DNA of 64,000 bases from Utricularia gibba. Lineage: Eukaryota; Plantae; Magnoliophyta. Shown here piece by piece: positions 13,066-26,217 of this stretch. The first letter of the stretch is position 1. Each line of letters starts with the position of its first letter. A program made the translations under genes and the position numbers. The notes beneath the pieces are model-generated. The model was not told where the DNA came from. It did no database searches and saw nothing but the letters and a program-made list of their open reading frames with translations. Location: positions 2,666,001 through 2,730,000 of the forward strand of contig NEEC01000002.1 of the NCBI GenBank assembly GCA_002189035.1, written 5' to 3'.

Positions 13066-14557
13066 ATGGTGCAGTTGAAGAAGAGGCTCTCCTCTCGTCG
13101 CCGGCCGATTGTTGCTCCGCCGGTGTCCGTCTCCGCCCATATGCCGGATCCCGACGTCTACGTTGTCACCTCGGAGGGTATCAGGATTCCGGCGCATTCC
13201 AAGATTTTGGTATGCCTTCCTGTTTCTGCTGCGGATCTTTTGTGCTCTCTTATGCGTGTTCCTTGTTTAACGGGTGGTTGAAATGGGGATTTACAGGCAT
13301 CCGCATCTCCGATTCTGGAGGAAATCGTTGAGAGGCCGAAGAAGGATCGGAGCAAGATTCCTGAGATTCCGATTCTCGGTGTCCCATACGGCGCCGTGTG
13401 TGCGTTTCTCTCGTTTCTTAATTCTTCCAAGTGAGTAACCACCTCTTTTGTTTCCTCCACGACTCTTTTTGTGTGAATCGGGAGTCCCAAAAATTGAGAT
13501 TCTTGAATTGATGTGATTGTTCGCTTTGTGATTCAGGTGTAGCGATGAGCAAATCGAGGTGTATGGGGTTCATCTTTTAGCTTTGTCTCATGTCTACTCA
13601 GTTGACCTGCTGAAGATGAGATGTGCGAGGGGTTTGGCGGAGAGGCTAACTGTTGAATCCGTGGTGGATATGATTCAACTCGCTAGATTGTGCCACGCCC
13701 CTCATCTGTACCTCAAGTCTATGAAACTACTTTCTAAAGACTTCAAGGCTGTTGAGGAAACAGAAGGATGGAAGTTCTTGCAAGACCATGATCCCTGTCT
13801 CGAACTTGAGATATTGCAGTTCATAGATGAAGAAGAACAGGTACACTTCCCCTCAGAGAACTCCAGTGTTCGCATGCTACCTTTCACTCTATATAACTTG
13901 AATGAAATTCTGAAACCTTTTTGATGAAACAGAGGAAGCGGAGGACGAAGAAGGAACGTGAATCTCAGAAGCTGTATATGGATCTAAGCGAAGCAATGGA
14001 TTGCCTTGTGCATATATGTACTGAAGGGTGCACAAGCGTCGGTCCATTCAACGTGGATACCAATCGCAACAAGGGTCCTTGCAGCAAGTTCGCAACTTGC
14101 CATGGAGTCCAGCTACTGCTGAGACACTTCGGCACCTGTGAGAAGAAGGTGAAAGGGGGTTGCTTGCGCTGTGTACGAATGTGGCAGCTCTTCCGGTTGC
14201 ACTCATCTATTTGCGAACACGGCGATGAATGCAAAGTTCCCCTTTGCAGGTGAGGCTGCTTTTCCTTGATGCGGATGTGAATCATGTTTGGTTTGATATT
14301 TCCATCAACGTGTCCGGGAGATGATGCATTTTCAGTGACATCTTGATTCCCTGTGGGGCTATACCCTGTTGATGTCTCACAAACGCATGACCTATTTCTG
14401 ATGCAGACAATTCAAGGTAACAGAGGAGCATCGCCAGAGGAGAAATGATTCCCGGTGGAGGTTGCTGGCGAGGAAAGTAGTCTCTGCAAAGGCCATGTCT
14501 TCATTATCTTCACTCAAGAGGAAAAGGGTTGCAGAATCAAGGGAAACTTATGGGTGA
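13066..14557 (+). CDS. BT1: BTB/POZ and TAZ zinc-finger domain protein, BT1/BT2-like
   Basis: Five exons (13066-13209, from 13297, 13537-13840, 13933-14249, 14407-14557): DVYVVTSEGIRIPAHSKILASASP, ILGVPYGAV, HLLALSHVYSV, TAZ finger EAMDCLVHICTEGC..HFGTC..GGCLRCVRMWQLFRLHSSIC..CKVPLC, C-terminal WRLLARKV. Frame is continuous. Confidence 0.93.
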
Positions 14558-15369
14558 TCTGATCTGTGAGTCTCTAGCAATCACATGTTTTTTTTGTTTG
14601 TGGCTGGCTGGCTGGCTGGTTGGTGCAGGGGGCCATGAGACGATGAAGATACCAAACTCTCTTTTACTTCTTAGTGGTTTTCTCAAAAGCTTTAGCTTTT
14701 CTTTGGTTGGTGTAAATACTATGGAATAGCAAACTGTTGCTTCACTGTTCACGTCTGAAACGTGAAACTTCATCCTATGTTTTAAGACGAGGCTTCGCTA
14801 TTACTCTGGAAACCTCAAATTGGAGTGTTAAAAGGAGAGGAGAATTTGTGGGATACCAAAACTAAAATGTGAGAAAGAGACTTAACACAGAGCAAGCGGC
14901 AACCACAAAAGAGATTTCATTAGTGATTTGATATTTATTCAGTTACAATCATGATCTGTTAATGTACGTTTATTAGGCGAATATAAATTAAAATGTTTTA
15001 GATTATTCTGGTTTAATCAATTCTTAGAATGATGGTTTGTTCTGAATCATCATTTAATTCTTGAGAGAAATATGTGCGACTGAGAAAAAGAAAAATGTTA
15101 GTTTTAATCCGAAAAAAATGATTTTAAAATAGGGAACTCAATAATTTGATTTCAATTTTAATTTTAAATATTTTCTAAATATTTAACGGCGATTCAAAAT
15201 TCCAACTTCAAGTAGGAACGGTACCCGCGCGCGGTGTGGGTTGCGCATCTCAGGGCGAAGGTATTTTTCTTCCTCCTTGGGCGGAATATATTACGGCGTA
15301 TGGTGTTTTTGTTTACCGTTTTTTATAGTTTGATCTTGCGTAGGAGGATCTCGGAGAGATAGTTCAGAC

Positions 15370-18239
15370 ATGGTGAGGGGATTGCTGGGAAAACTAGCTG
15401 CTCGATCTGTCTCGGTAGCCGGGAAATGGCAGCAGCAACAGCAAGTTCGACGCCTCAACATACATGAGTATCAGGTATGCTCTTACGCTCACTCGTCTGT
15501 AGTCGGTCATATTGTGCGCAGATGGACCGTGGGATTATGTTTTTCTGCCAAGAGTTTGTTTGGTGTGATCCGAGTGAATGCAGGGGACGTGATATGCTTT
15601 TGCGTCTGATTCCGATTCATTCGTTTGTTTCATGGTTTGCAATGACACATCGGCCCTGGCGGTGTCCAACAATTTTGTATTTCTGGTACTTTAAGTTGCA
15701 AAAAAGATTATAATTTCAACCGTGTGGCTGGTGCCAGGGAGCTGAGTTGATGAGCAAGCATGGTATCAACATTCCAGGAGGTGTTGTGGTTGGTTCTGTC
15801 GATGAAGTCAAGAAAGCTATAAGTGAAGTTTTTCCAAATCACAGCGAGGTTGGAGACATTTAATCAATTTTTAAGATTGGTATGGGTGGGCTATTTCTTG
15901 GGTCTGTAATGCTTCTTTTTATTGTGGTTTTATATATGGAGGAATTTTTTATCTTTTAATTTTTAACTTATGCAGATAGTTGTTAAGTCTCAAATTCTTG
16001 CTGGTGGGAGAGGGCTAGCAACATTCAAAAGTGGTCTTCAAGGTGGATTTCATATTCTGAAGGTTGACCAAGTTCAAGAGATGGCTGGTATGGCTGTGAA
16101 TATTCGTAGAATGTTCAGAAAGTCAAGAAGTTTTTCAGTTCTTATTTATGTATTGTGTTGGAAAAGGAGATTACAGTGGATCTCATATCCTTGGTTGAGG
16201 AAATAGAGATCCACCTTGGACATCAGAAAGAAATTGGTATTTATTCTTGTTCAGGTTCACTGGATCATATAATGGCCCATTGTTATTGATAGTTTTATCC
16301 TGGATTTTTCATTTACGGTCAATCATTAATGGTGTTCATTGTATCAGGACCTATGCCTTTTTTATTTTTCAGGAAAGATGCTTGGGCAGATACTTGTTAC
16401 GAAGCAAACTGGGCCTCAAGGAAATATTGTCAGCAAGGTATCTACTGTTCATTTATTTGCATGGTGTCATGCGTGCTTAATCCTGGTTACGGTCTGATAA
16501 GAAGGTATTTTGATATGTACTTTCAGGTTTATCTTGCTGAGAAATTATCACTTGCGAATGAGATGTATTTTGCCAATACTCTTGATCGCACAAGTGCTGG
16601 CCCAGTAAGTTCCCTGTGATCCAAAGGGTTTTCCTTGGAATCCCCGTTCCTGTAGAAATTTTTATTCAATCCAGACGCTGCCTTTTCCTGAGTACTAACT
16701 AAAATATAATGCACCTTAGTAGTGCCATTCTCCTCAGGAAAAAAAAAATTAGTTCCCCATCCGTCCCGCAGATCATTATTGATTGCAAAAAGGGCGGAAC
16801 TAGTATTGAAGATCTTGCCGAGAAACATCCTGAACTGATTGTAAAGGTCAGATCACTTCCTGTTTTCAAAACATGTATTTGTTGCAAATAAAGACTTTTT
16901 TCCGATAATGTTCTATATTTTTCTTTTTTCCCAAGTGCCTATTGATGTGTTCACAGGAATTACTGATGAGGATGTAGCAAAAGTAGTTGATGGTTTGTCA
17001 CCCACCGTGGCTGATAGGAATGCTTCGATTCAACAAGTGAAGAAACTATACCAACTCTTCTGCCAATGTGACTGCACACGTTTGGAGGTAATAATTTTTT
17101 ATTACTTTTTGTTTCTCTTGTAAATCCCTTTCCTTCTTATACCATAAGATTTTATTTCGGATGAGCCTGGATGCACTTTATCCGTTTCTATCTTTTTGGA
17201 CAATAACAGATAAATCCTATAGCAGAGACGTCTGATAACCAGCTGGTTGCTGCTGATGCAAAACTTAATTTTGATGACAATGCAGCTTTCCGTCAGAAAG
17301 ATATATTTGCCCTTCGAGATTCTACTCAGGAGGACTCTCGTGAGGTATTGCTGGATTGCTATGCATTGTCATTTATTCTCGAGTCCATGTTCTTGACTTA
17401 ATGCATAATTTATGTATATTTTAAGGTTGCTGCAGCAAAGGCAGACCTGAATTACATTGGTTTAGATGGCGAAATTGGATGCATGGTTAATGGTGCTGGA
17501 TTAGCCATGGCAACTATGGATATAATTAAATTGCATGGTGGAAGTCCTGCCAATTTTCTTGATGTCGGTGGAAACGCTTCCGAGGGTCAGGTTGTTACAC
17601 TGCAGTTGGACTTCTTGCATCTGATTTTATCCCCTACCAGATATTTTTACGGTGATTCTGCCAATACTGTCATGTAATACATGTTCTTCTTTTAATGTCA
17701 AACAGGTTGTGGAAGCATTTAAAATTTTAACCTCAGATGACAAAGTGAAGGCTATTCTAGTGAATATTTTTGGAGGAATAATGAAGTGTGATGTTATAGC
17801 AAGCGGAATTTTGAATGCTGCTAAACAGGTACAAAGATCTTTGGGAACTTATAGTGGAGGCCTCTCCACCATGGAGAAACTTTGGAATTTGAATTGTGTA
17901 TGGCCAGGATAGGTTTTGCATTCGAATGCATGCTGTTGAAGCTTAGGTTTTAATGAGTTGTGAGTCATATCCGGTCTTGTCTCAGGTGAATCTTCACGTG
18001 CCAGTGGTTGTTCGCCTGGAAGGAACCAATGTTGACCAAGGGAAGAGAATTCTCCAGGTAACATCGAACCACAATTTCCAAATCGAGTATTCCATCAAAA
18101 AGGATACATTAGATGGACGTTGGCCTAACTTGCTTGTGGTGTCTGGTATCAGGAAAGTGGCATGAGTTTAATTACTGCCGAAGATTTGGATGATGCCGCT
18201 GAAAAAGCAGTCAAGGCCGCAGTAACTGATTATTCTTAG
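15370..18239 (+). CDS. Succinyl-CoA ligase [ADP-forming] beta subunit, mitochondrial; one non-canonical splice acceptor and several radical substitutions
   Basis: Twelve exons: RRLNIHEYQ / GAELMSKHG / [10 protein letters not shown] / [16 protein letters not shown] / NEMYF / [11 protein letters not shown] / VPIDVF / [22 protein letters not shown] / [34 protein letters not shown] / [13 protein letters not shown] / [11 protein letters not shown] / [20 protein letters not shown], ending at TAG 18237-18239. Confidence 0.93.
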
Positions 18240-18509
18240 CTCATCTATCTTGATGTTTCTTCATCTCCGCCATTTTGAAAAAAAAAAAAAAGCAAGCACA
18301 CACATGAGAGCTGATGAATGAGTTACTTATCGGCCAAGAAGGTGAAACACTTGGAATCTCCACTGACTTGGTCTTTGTTCGGATCCGTACGGTTTCTGGC
18401 CTAACTGCTGATTGTTTTCCATACCAAATTCTGCCCCTTTGGGATTTGGGCACCCGGAAAAAAGTATTATAACTTGAGAAACAGCATATGAGCTTGAATG
18501 AGATTGTTG

Positions 18510-19375
18510 TCACCCTCTGCTGTCAGGTAGTGGCCGGGTGTCTTCATCATTCGAGAAGCCAGCAGCGGACTCTTGACCTGACTCATCGTTGGGTGAGTTC
18601 TTGCTTCTGGAACGTGAGGGTCTGCTGTCAGTATCTCTCGGCTTCTTTTTCCGGGACTTCTTTGGGATCTCTGGCTGGTCATTTCGTGATTCAGGTACAA
18701 GGCTGAGCTCGGCCGACCGAATTCCTGGATCTTCTGATGAATCCTTGGAGGTGCTTCGTTTAGAATGCCGGTGTCTGGTCGACCCCTCTTTCTTCTTAGG
18801 GGAATCACCATCAGCCTCACCATGGTGGCGCCCCGACGACCTCAACCCCCCGACGAATCCCTCCTCCTCGGTTTGCCACTGCTGTTGCTCCTCAGATCTG
18901 AGCAAGCAATTCTTTGGCGTTCTATTCAAAAAGCTTGAAAACCTTGCCTTTTTGCAGGTATGCAAGCACGCAGGAGGAATGCATGTGACGTACCTACCTG
19001 TCTCTTCGTTGCTCCCATTGGATGCTGAAGCCTCGGTTGGGCACTTGAATCCTTTCATCTGCACCACATTATACATTTACAGCTTGATGAAGGCGAAGAC
19101 GAAGGAGTTAGGTTCGTGTAGATGCAGCTGCATACGCACCCATTGAGGAGGGGACTCAGCAGCGGAAGGCCCATCCCACCCAATATGAGCCACGTGCTTT
19201 ACGTCCGTGGGGAGTCCAATCTGCATCTCTTCTTCCTTCTCTTCATCTGCGTTCGAAATGTGAAGCATCATTACGCATTTGCAGAAGAGCAGGGACGACG
19301 AAGAAGAAGCTGCTCACCGAATACATGAGAAATGTATCTCAGGCCTTTGAAGAAGCCCTTCATGCTGGTACCCAT
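18510..19375 (-). CDS. CRIB-domain ROP-interactive protein (RIC family)
   Basis: MGTSMKGFFKGLRYISHVF / DEEKEEEMQIGLPTDVKHVAHIGWDGPS (plant CRIB motif) / W-MKGFK / low-complexity C-terminus with PEIPKKSRKKK; GT-AG junctions including 18993-18898. Confidence 0.88.
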
Positions 19376-20073
19376 GTTCTCTTCTGTCTTTCATCTGATT
19401 GCATACATCCTCAGATCTGGGCGAAATTTGACATTCCAGAATTCATGCACGAGCCGAGCTGCCCCAAGGCTGGCTATGAATAGAATGCCTTGTTAGTGGC
19501 AGAGAGAAAATGAAGGGAAATATGATCAGGCAGGCAAAGGCAAAATAGTGCGCATGCTGTAGAGCGTGCAGTGCAGGAGGTAAATCAGGGCCTTCCATTT
19601 TGTCCATTGCTTAACAAGATCCCCCTCTTCAAGAATTTAAGTACTTGACAACATTTCTGCCACAGGTAAACAGATCTCTCCAGATGAATGAATAACCCTA
19701 ATAACCCCGATACATCATCCTCAGAATACACATGTCCTGATCTAGATTTTGCACTATCACATTTTCCCAGTCTGTAGCAGCATTAAAAGAAAGAGTAAGC
19801 TGCCATGGAAAAAAATTCAGGATAGTTGTAAGTTTTGTCATCAGGGGAACTAGCAGAAAAGGGAATTAGGTACTCAATTGAGAAGATATAGCAAAAAGCA
19901 CACCACCGCGGCGCTCTCGCCGGCGTGTGTGTAGGTGGGGTGGGAGGTTGATTCGGTTAAAGTCAACTGTCAGATAGAGCATTCTTCCATTATTCTGTTC
20001 CAATTATGTAATTTTATTTAAGAAAAAATAAACATCTATTTTCCTTCTGATTGCTTGTTTCCCAAATTGTAAT

Positions 20074-21719
20074 ATGAAGAAGAGGAGTCAAGAATTGGTG
20101 GATCCGTCGAATGGTGAAAAGCGCCCGCGAATTGTCGAGGTTGAGAGTGCAAGTGGGGAAGATGGGATCAACTCAGAAGCACGCTCAATCGGTAGATTTC
20201 TGTATTTTCGTGAAGAAAAATTGAAGCTTTTCCTTCATCAGTAATTTTTCGTACTCCGTGTCCCAGGGGAAGATGCTACTTTTAGCGATGTTCTTATGGC
20301 TCTTCGGATGATGCATGCCCAGTTTCCTTCCATTGAAAAGGTGAGCTGCGTTTCTTTTTTGTCCCATTTTGTGTGCGGAACGGCATTCTTCTCGCTTAAT
20401 CACATGAGCCAGAGCTGAAGAAGGGTTGTATTCTTGTATTGAGATTAGCTGAATGTGCATTTTTCTGGTCATTCCTTACGAGTTCAAGCTATATGCTCGC
20501 TTCAGGGTTCCGTGCAGCCATTTGTTTTACAGTCGCAGTTGTACAGCAGCATAATGGATCGAACCCAAGTGGATAGAGAAGTAGAGGTAGTGCCACGAGA
20601 AGGGGGGCTTCATTTCTCATTCATTTTCTGCTTGTTTGATCTGATTCAGAGCAGTCTTTGCGAAGGGATGGGGTTTTGCGGATATTCAAGTTGAACAGTG
20701 GGCAGGATGATCATGCCATTATGTTCGTAACTGACTATCTAAATCAGGTATGCTATGTTTATTTAACTCGCAGCTTCGATCATGAACTGCTGTCTATGCG
20801 CACCTGCAAGCTTATCATTAATTTAGCAAGTTCTGTTCTTTCTTTTATTTTTTTCCGAGATTCATTTACAAGAGACAATTTAAAGCTTCATGGAGTAATA
20901 TCATCATCCTCCGGTTTGTTTTCTTGATTGTTATTCCAGATTGACCATCTTGTTAGAAAGATGGAGGAAAAGAAGCAGGGTGATCTCCATGTGTTTGACT
21001 GGTTTAAGACTCATGTCTTGCAGTCAAAAATGGGACTCAGTATTAGCCATGAAGAGCTCGTAAGCAACTCTTCACCCATGTTTCCTAATGCTACTGCTTC
21101 TTTTATCCACGAGTTTCTGCAAACGGATTACGTATTTCAGTGGTCGCTTCTCTCCTTAGGAGGTAAGGTGAAGGAGGAGAACATCTCTCAGTTAATCCAC
21201 TCCGGCTTTCTGGTAAGCATTTATGAAAGTGTTTGTTAACAAATGCTGATTTACAGTGAAGCGCCTTTGAATGAACACATGTTTAAAGTGCAGAACGTCT
21301 GTCTAGAGTGAACGAGTTATGAAATACCCACCTCATTTGTTTCACTGCACTCATGGCTACTTTTTTCTCTGGAAAATGTTTGTAGATACGCCAACTAACT
21401 GACTCACACACGTATTGGTTTTCCATTCCGAACATCGGATGGGTGCTCAAAGGACTGTCACAGGTAATGTATGCATTTCAGGCTACAAGTGTATTGAAAT
21501 CTGATCAGTTTGTTTTCCCATTCATAGGGAAGAAAGGAACTTCTGTCTCTTCTCAAGCGTCAAAAGTACAAAGAGATGTTGTTGCGCGTCTTAGAGAAGA
21601 AGCGCCTAAGGCTTTCTCCTCTTGATATAAGATTCCACCTCCGGGATCTCATTGGTTCAGGTCACCTGAAAATTGTTCCGACGCCCCTGGGGCTGTTCGT
21701 TCGGGTTGTCATCGATTGA
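20074..21719 (+). CDS. STK19: STK19 (winged-helix DNA-repair factor) plant homologue
   Basis: Eight in-frame exons: TFSDVLMALRMMHAQFP / QPFVLQSQLYSSIMDRTQVDRE / LRIFKLNSGQDDHAIMF / YWFSIPNIG / GRKELLSLLKRQKYKEM..RFHLRDLIGSGHL. Family assignment is from recall of plant STK19-like proteins. Confidence 0.72.
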
Positions 21720-22058
21720 TTTACTCTAAATGCAGAGTTGAGCATATCTATACTGACTATTCACTTACCCAGTCCATTGTAGGACACAGGGACACAAGCT
21801 GGGGAGAGTTTTCTCTTGCAAATTTATTCTTCATTCATCAATAGATAGTTTCTTTTCCGCTTCACACACGTAACGCATTTATCTCAGTTTGATACTCAAC
21901 ATGCCAATATGTTAAAATTTGAGTTTGTATGCTCATGGAGTTCACTTCTTCCTCTTACTTAGTTTGAACTGGTGACATCTCCATGAATGCATTGAATACC
22001 ATCAGATTACATATATCTGATATCAGCTACTAACTTCTTTCCTTTCTTAACTTCAGAA

Positions 22059-22181
22059 TTAAGACCTATGCGCATGACTAGTTCTGAGTTTTTGACTGCG
22101 AAGATGATAGAAAGATCCTCCTATGTTACACCCATAGGAGGATCTCCTATTGGTTAAGACCTATGGGCATGTCTAGTCCTG
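22059..22181. repeat. 28-nt direct repeats flanking a perfect 13-bp hairpin
   Basis: TTAAGACCTATGCGCATGACTAGTTCTG (22059-22086) and TTAAGACCTATGGGCATGTCTAGTCCTG (22154-22181), 3 mismatches; between them AGATCCTCCTATG-ttacacc-CATAGGAGGATCT (22113-22145). Confidence 0.85.
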
Positions 22182-25100
22182 TTTATCTCCTCCTAGATTG
22201 CTTGAGTTTTTATTAGATTCTCTATAACACCCAAGAAAGATTGAAGATACTGAAAGGGTTTTGGATCCAAGAGCTTGATAAGTATATATACTTTTATGAT
22301 TCTCCAATGCTATATATTGTCATTTGATGAGATTTTTGCTGATGTAATCTCCCAAAACGTGTAATTTGACCTTGATATGTTTGCACTCCCCAAAGAAGGT
22401 AGGGTTTTTTGCAATTATAATTGTGGATTGATTGTAAATTTGCCACATAATTGGTTGGGCAATGTTCAACTCGAGATCTTTGAATAGTTTCTTGAACTAA
22501 ATTGTTTCATTTGTTATTGCAAATACTAATATGTATTGCATTTCAAATGATAATTGTGAAACCTCTTCCTATTTTTTGCTGCTCCAAGAGAAAATAGTTT
22601 TACCAAGTCGGAAAACATATCATAAGGTAGATTTTTTGTTGTTTTTATTTCTAATATATGCACTATTGTAAAAGCCTTGAAGTTGTATTCTTTCACTTAA
22701 ATGATAAATACAATATTTATTCTTATTTGCATCTTTTGTCCGATAAAATTTGGATAAAAAGGGTGGTAAAATTCAATAGTTTACTAAGATGAATATTTTT
22801 ATTTTATTGTCTTAAATAGTATATTTTTCTTAAATTTGAATATGAATGTAATCATGCTTTCGAGAAATCATATATAATATAATATATATTTGATTTTCTA
22901 GTCAATTTATTATTTGTTAATGCTTCCACACAACAAATACACATCAACAATCACGACAACTGTTGTGTGAATGTATAAAAAAATCATAAATTGATTGAAA
23001 AATAAAAAATATAAACATACAAAATTTTACATGATTCACTCTAAAACAATGATTATATCAATATCTCGATTTAAGAAAATCCACTATTTAGTATAATAAA
23101 TATTACGAGATTCATCTTAATAAAATATCAAATTTTACCACTCTATTTTTATTCAAATTCTATCGAGCAAGAGACACAAATAAGAAAAAATATTGTATTT
23201 TTTTCTTATTATACCCTTAGAATATTAATCGAGTTCTTATTAAATACCATAACTTATTATTTGAATGCATAAACAAATGATGACTTCTCCTCTATTTATA
23301 GATGAGTAGAATCACTAGCCAAGGTAAAAAGTTGGCAAGTCACCAACTACATATTACCTTTTTTTTATTCAGTTAATGTTATTTACCGCAAAATAACATT
23401 TAATGTCATATAGCCCGAATCATATTATATAAATAAGATTATTTCAATTATTTTTGAATTATTATAAACCTAGTGTAATAAGATTAATACTATTAAAATC
23501 TTACTTATAATTTGAGTGACCTCCATTTATTTATTATGAAGAAATTATTTATTATTATTAACTCCAAAAGATCAATTAATCAACTTTGCAGTCCTTCATA
23601 AGTTGATTATTATTTTTATTAACACTAAGTATATACATTAACTTTACAAATTCTTCAACTCCTATGATCTTCACAGTAGATTGGATGTTTTACAAAATAT
23701 TCAACAAATCAGGATCATCCCTTCATGAAAACAACAAGAGGATGATCATCCCCCGCATGCTTATGAATCAAAACAAGGACATGTATAACGTTGTATCAAT
23801 CGAGCCCCACCTAAGACACCTTCCTAACTCGTCAAACTTGAACATGGATACCATGTTGATGGATTGTCACATTTGTAATTTCTTACTCCACAAATGGATA
23901 TCAACTCGATTTTATGATGAATTAGAAATATAGTCATGTATCAAACATTGTGTAAAAAAAAATGCTCATATAACGTAATGGTTTTTGATTTAAAATTTGA
24001 GATAGAATATACGAGTAATCATTTTTCTAAATAATCCTCGATTTTCATGTGAAATTCATCATTGTTTATTGTAAATGCATGTTATTGTATAAAAATTTGA
24101 AGTACTCGAATAATCTCAATGCATGCAATTACATGCAGATGCACTCCTCGAGTTCCAAATCATTCTCCTTATCGATTTCAACTTGCACCACACCTCTCGT
24201 ATATGGTTGCTTATCCATGATATTATGATGGATGATGCATTTGAGTAAATGAATGTGTTAGAGAGTAAATAAATAAAAAGATAAACCTAGGGTATTTCAT
24301 GGACCTTTTCATTTAAACCTCGTGTTCAAAAAGCTTTGAAATGCCCAATATTGGGAAAGTTCAATAAGTTAGTCAACGTAAAGAGTTTTAATCAAATCCA
24401 ACAATTGAAAAAAAAATGTATAAAATTAAAAACAAAACAAAGCAAAAAAAGATAAATTTACTAAGTTAATGAAAAATTAAAATAAACCGTTGGTCTATTT
24501 AATCAAACACTAAGTTTTTGCATAAAAATAAAGAAAAAAAATCAAATGGGTCTTAAAATTGGCCCAACTTGGCAGATCTACCTTAACTCATATTTTTCAA
24601 CTCGATACTGACTTGTTTTGCACAAATTCAAGTCATGAGTCTTACTTAACATAGGTCAACTCATTCAATTTATGACTTGATCTTAATTCATTCTAGATGT
24701 CATTATACTTAAAAAAAGTAAAAACTTGTAATTGAGATAAGGTTCTCATATAATACTCATAAATGGCTATTAATATTTTTAATATTTTTAAAATATAATC
24801 TGAACCGAACCGAATTGGGTATATTAGGTTGGAGTTACGGGTTGTATTTGTTATGTAACAAATACAGGTTTGAATTGAGATTTTTGCGGTTTCATTCGAT
24901 CGATTTGTGGGTTAATCTGAACGCATGTCCATCTCTAATCACGGTACCTACAATTAAAAAGTAAAAGAAATATTTATATGCATTAAGATTCACACATAAT
25001 ATAGAGTATAATACAGTGACAAAAATAAAATAAAGTTTTATCTTCTTTGATATATACGCATAATAATGTATACATTATAGTTGATTATAATTTCAAAATG

Positions 25101-25698
25101 AAAAAAATGAGGATAATTGAAAAGCAACACATTATAATAAACGCATTATCGTGACTATAATTTCAAAAAAATATCCGCTATTTTAAATTCATTTACAATA
25201 GTGAACATTACGATGATGAAAATTTCCATATTAAACAAAATTTTGTATGATTTCATATATTTATACAATAGAGAACATAATACTATGATTTTGAAGATAT
25301 AAAAAAAAATAACAATAATTGCACTTAAACCATACAAGTTTTACATGAAAAAACATTTAAAATGTGCAAATAGATGCAGTGATTGAAGAAAGAAGAATTG
25401 TATAGTGTAAATGAATTTTAAAACTAATTAACTTTTTTTGTAAAATGTTATTCTATAAATTTAAATAATTTGTAATACTGTTTTATTAGGAATTGATTGA
25501 TGTTTTTTTAGTCAAATATATTGTAGCACATGATTAATGAAAGTTGAAGAAGTAATATTAGACGTGATTCTGCTAAAAATAACATATTTATAGATGATCA
25601 ATATAATTGAATATACGATTACTATATTTGAATTTTAGTATAAGTATAAACCCTAAACACTTTAAATCTATTTAATTAATATTTTGAACCTATGATTA

Positions 25699-25899
25699 AA
25701 AAATTATTACAATTTTTTAATTATATAATATAATATTTTATTACACTTAATCATATATTTAATATAATGATAAATTACACATGATTTGAAAATTATTACA
25801 ATTTTTTTAATTATATAATATAATATTTTATTACACTTAATCATATATTTAATATAATGATAAATTACACATGATTTGAAAATTATTACAATTTTTTTA
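25699..25899. repeat. Tandem duplication, about 2.2 copies of a 90-bp AT-rich unit
   Basis: TTACACTTAATCATATATTTAATATAATGATAAATTACACATGATTTG recurs at 25741 and 25831. Confidence 0.9.
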
Positions 25900-26217
25900 T
25901 ATACATGAATGAGATTAAAAAAATGCGAAATGAAAGTTTATATATAATGTTTTAAATAGAGAATAAGAATATGTATCATTTTCAAAAAAAAATTTGAATT
26001 CAATTTTTTTTACTCGAAAAATAGGAAAACCATATACATACAATCAATCACATTTTTTTGTTTTTAAACATATCAAATCTTTAGTAAAATTTGAGTCATT
26101 TTGATTACACCTTTGGATCATCACTGCTTTTTCCATTACAATGTGGCGTCTATCTGCCATTATCATTCGACAACTTTAACGGGTACATATTGAAATAACA
26201 ATAAAGACTATTGACAT

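Noticed and set aside
18589-19146. 185-aa plus-strand ORF
   Set aside because: Antisense shadow of the RIC coding exons.
1378-21140. Several stop-free introns of length 3n (HDG11 84 nt, TIM14 75 nt, RIC 96 nt, STK19 81 nt) as a retention-based mechanism
   Set aside because: With about 60 short introns in the window, a handful of such cases is expected by chance.
22113-22181. Helitron 3' end reading of the hairpin
   Set aside because: The nearest CTAG is about 28 nt downstream, farther than typical, and no 5' TC end was identified.
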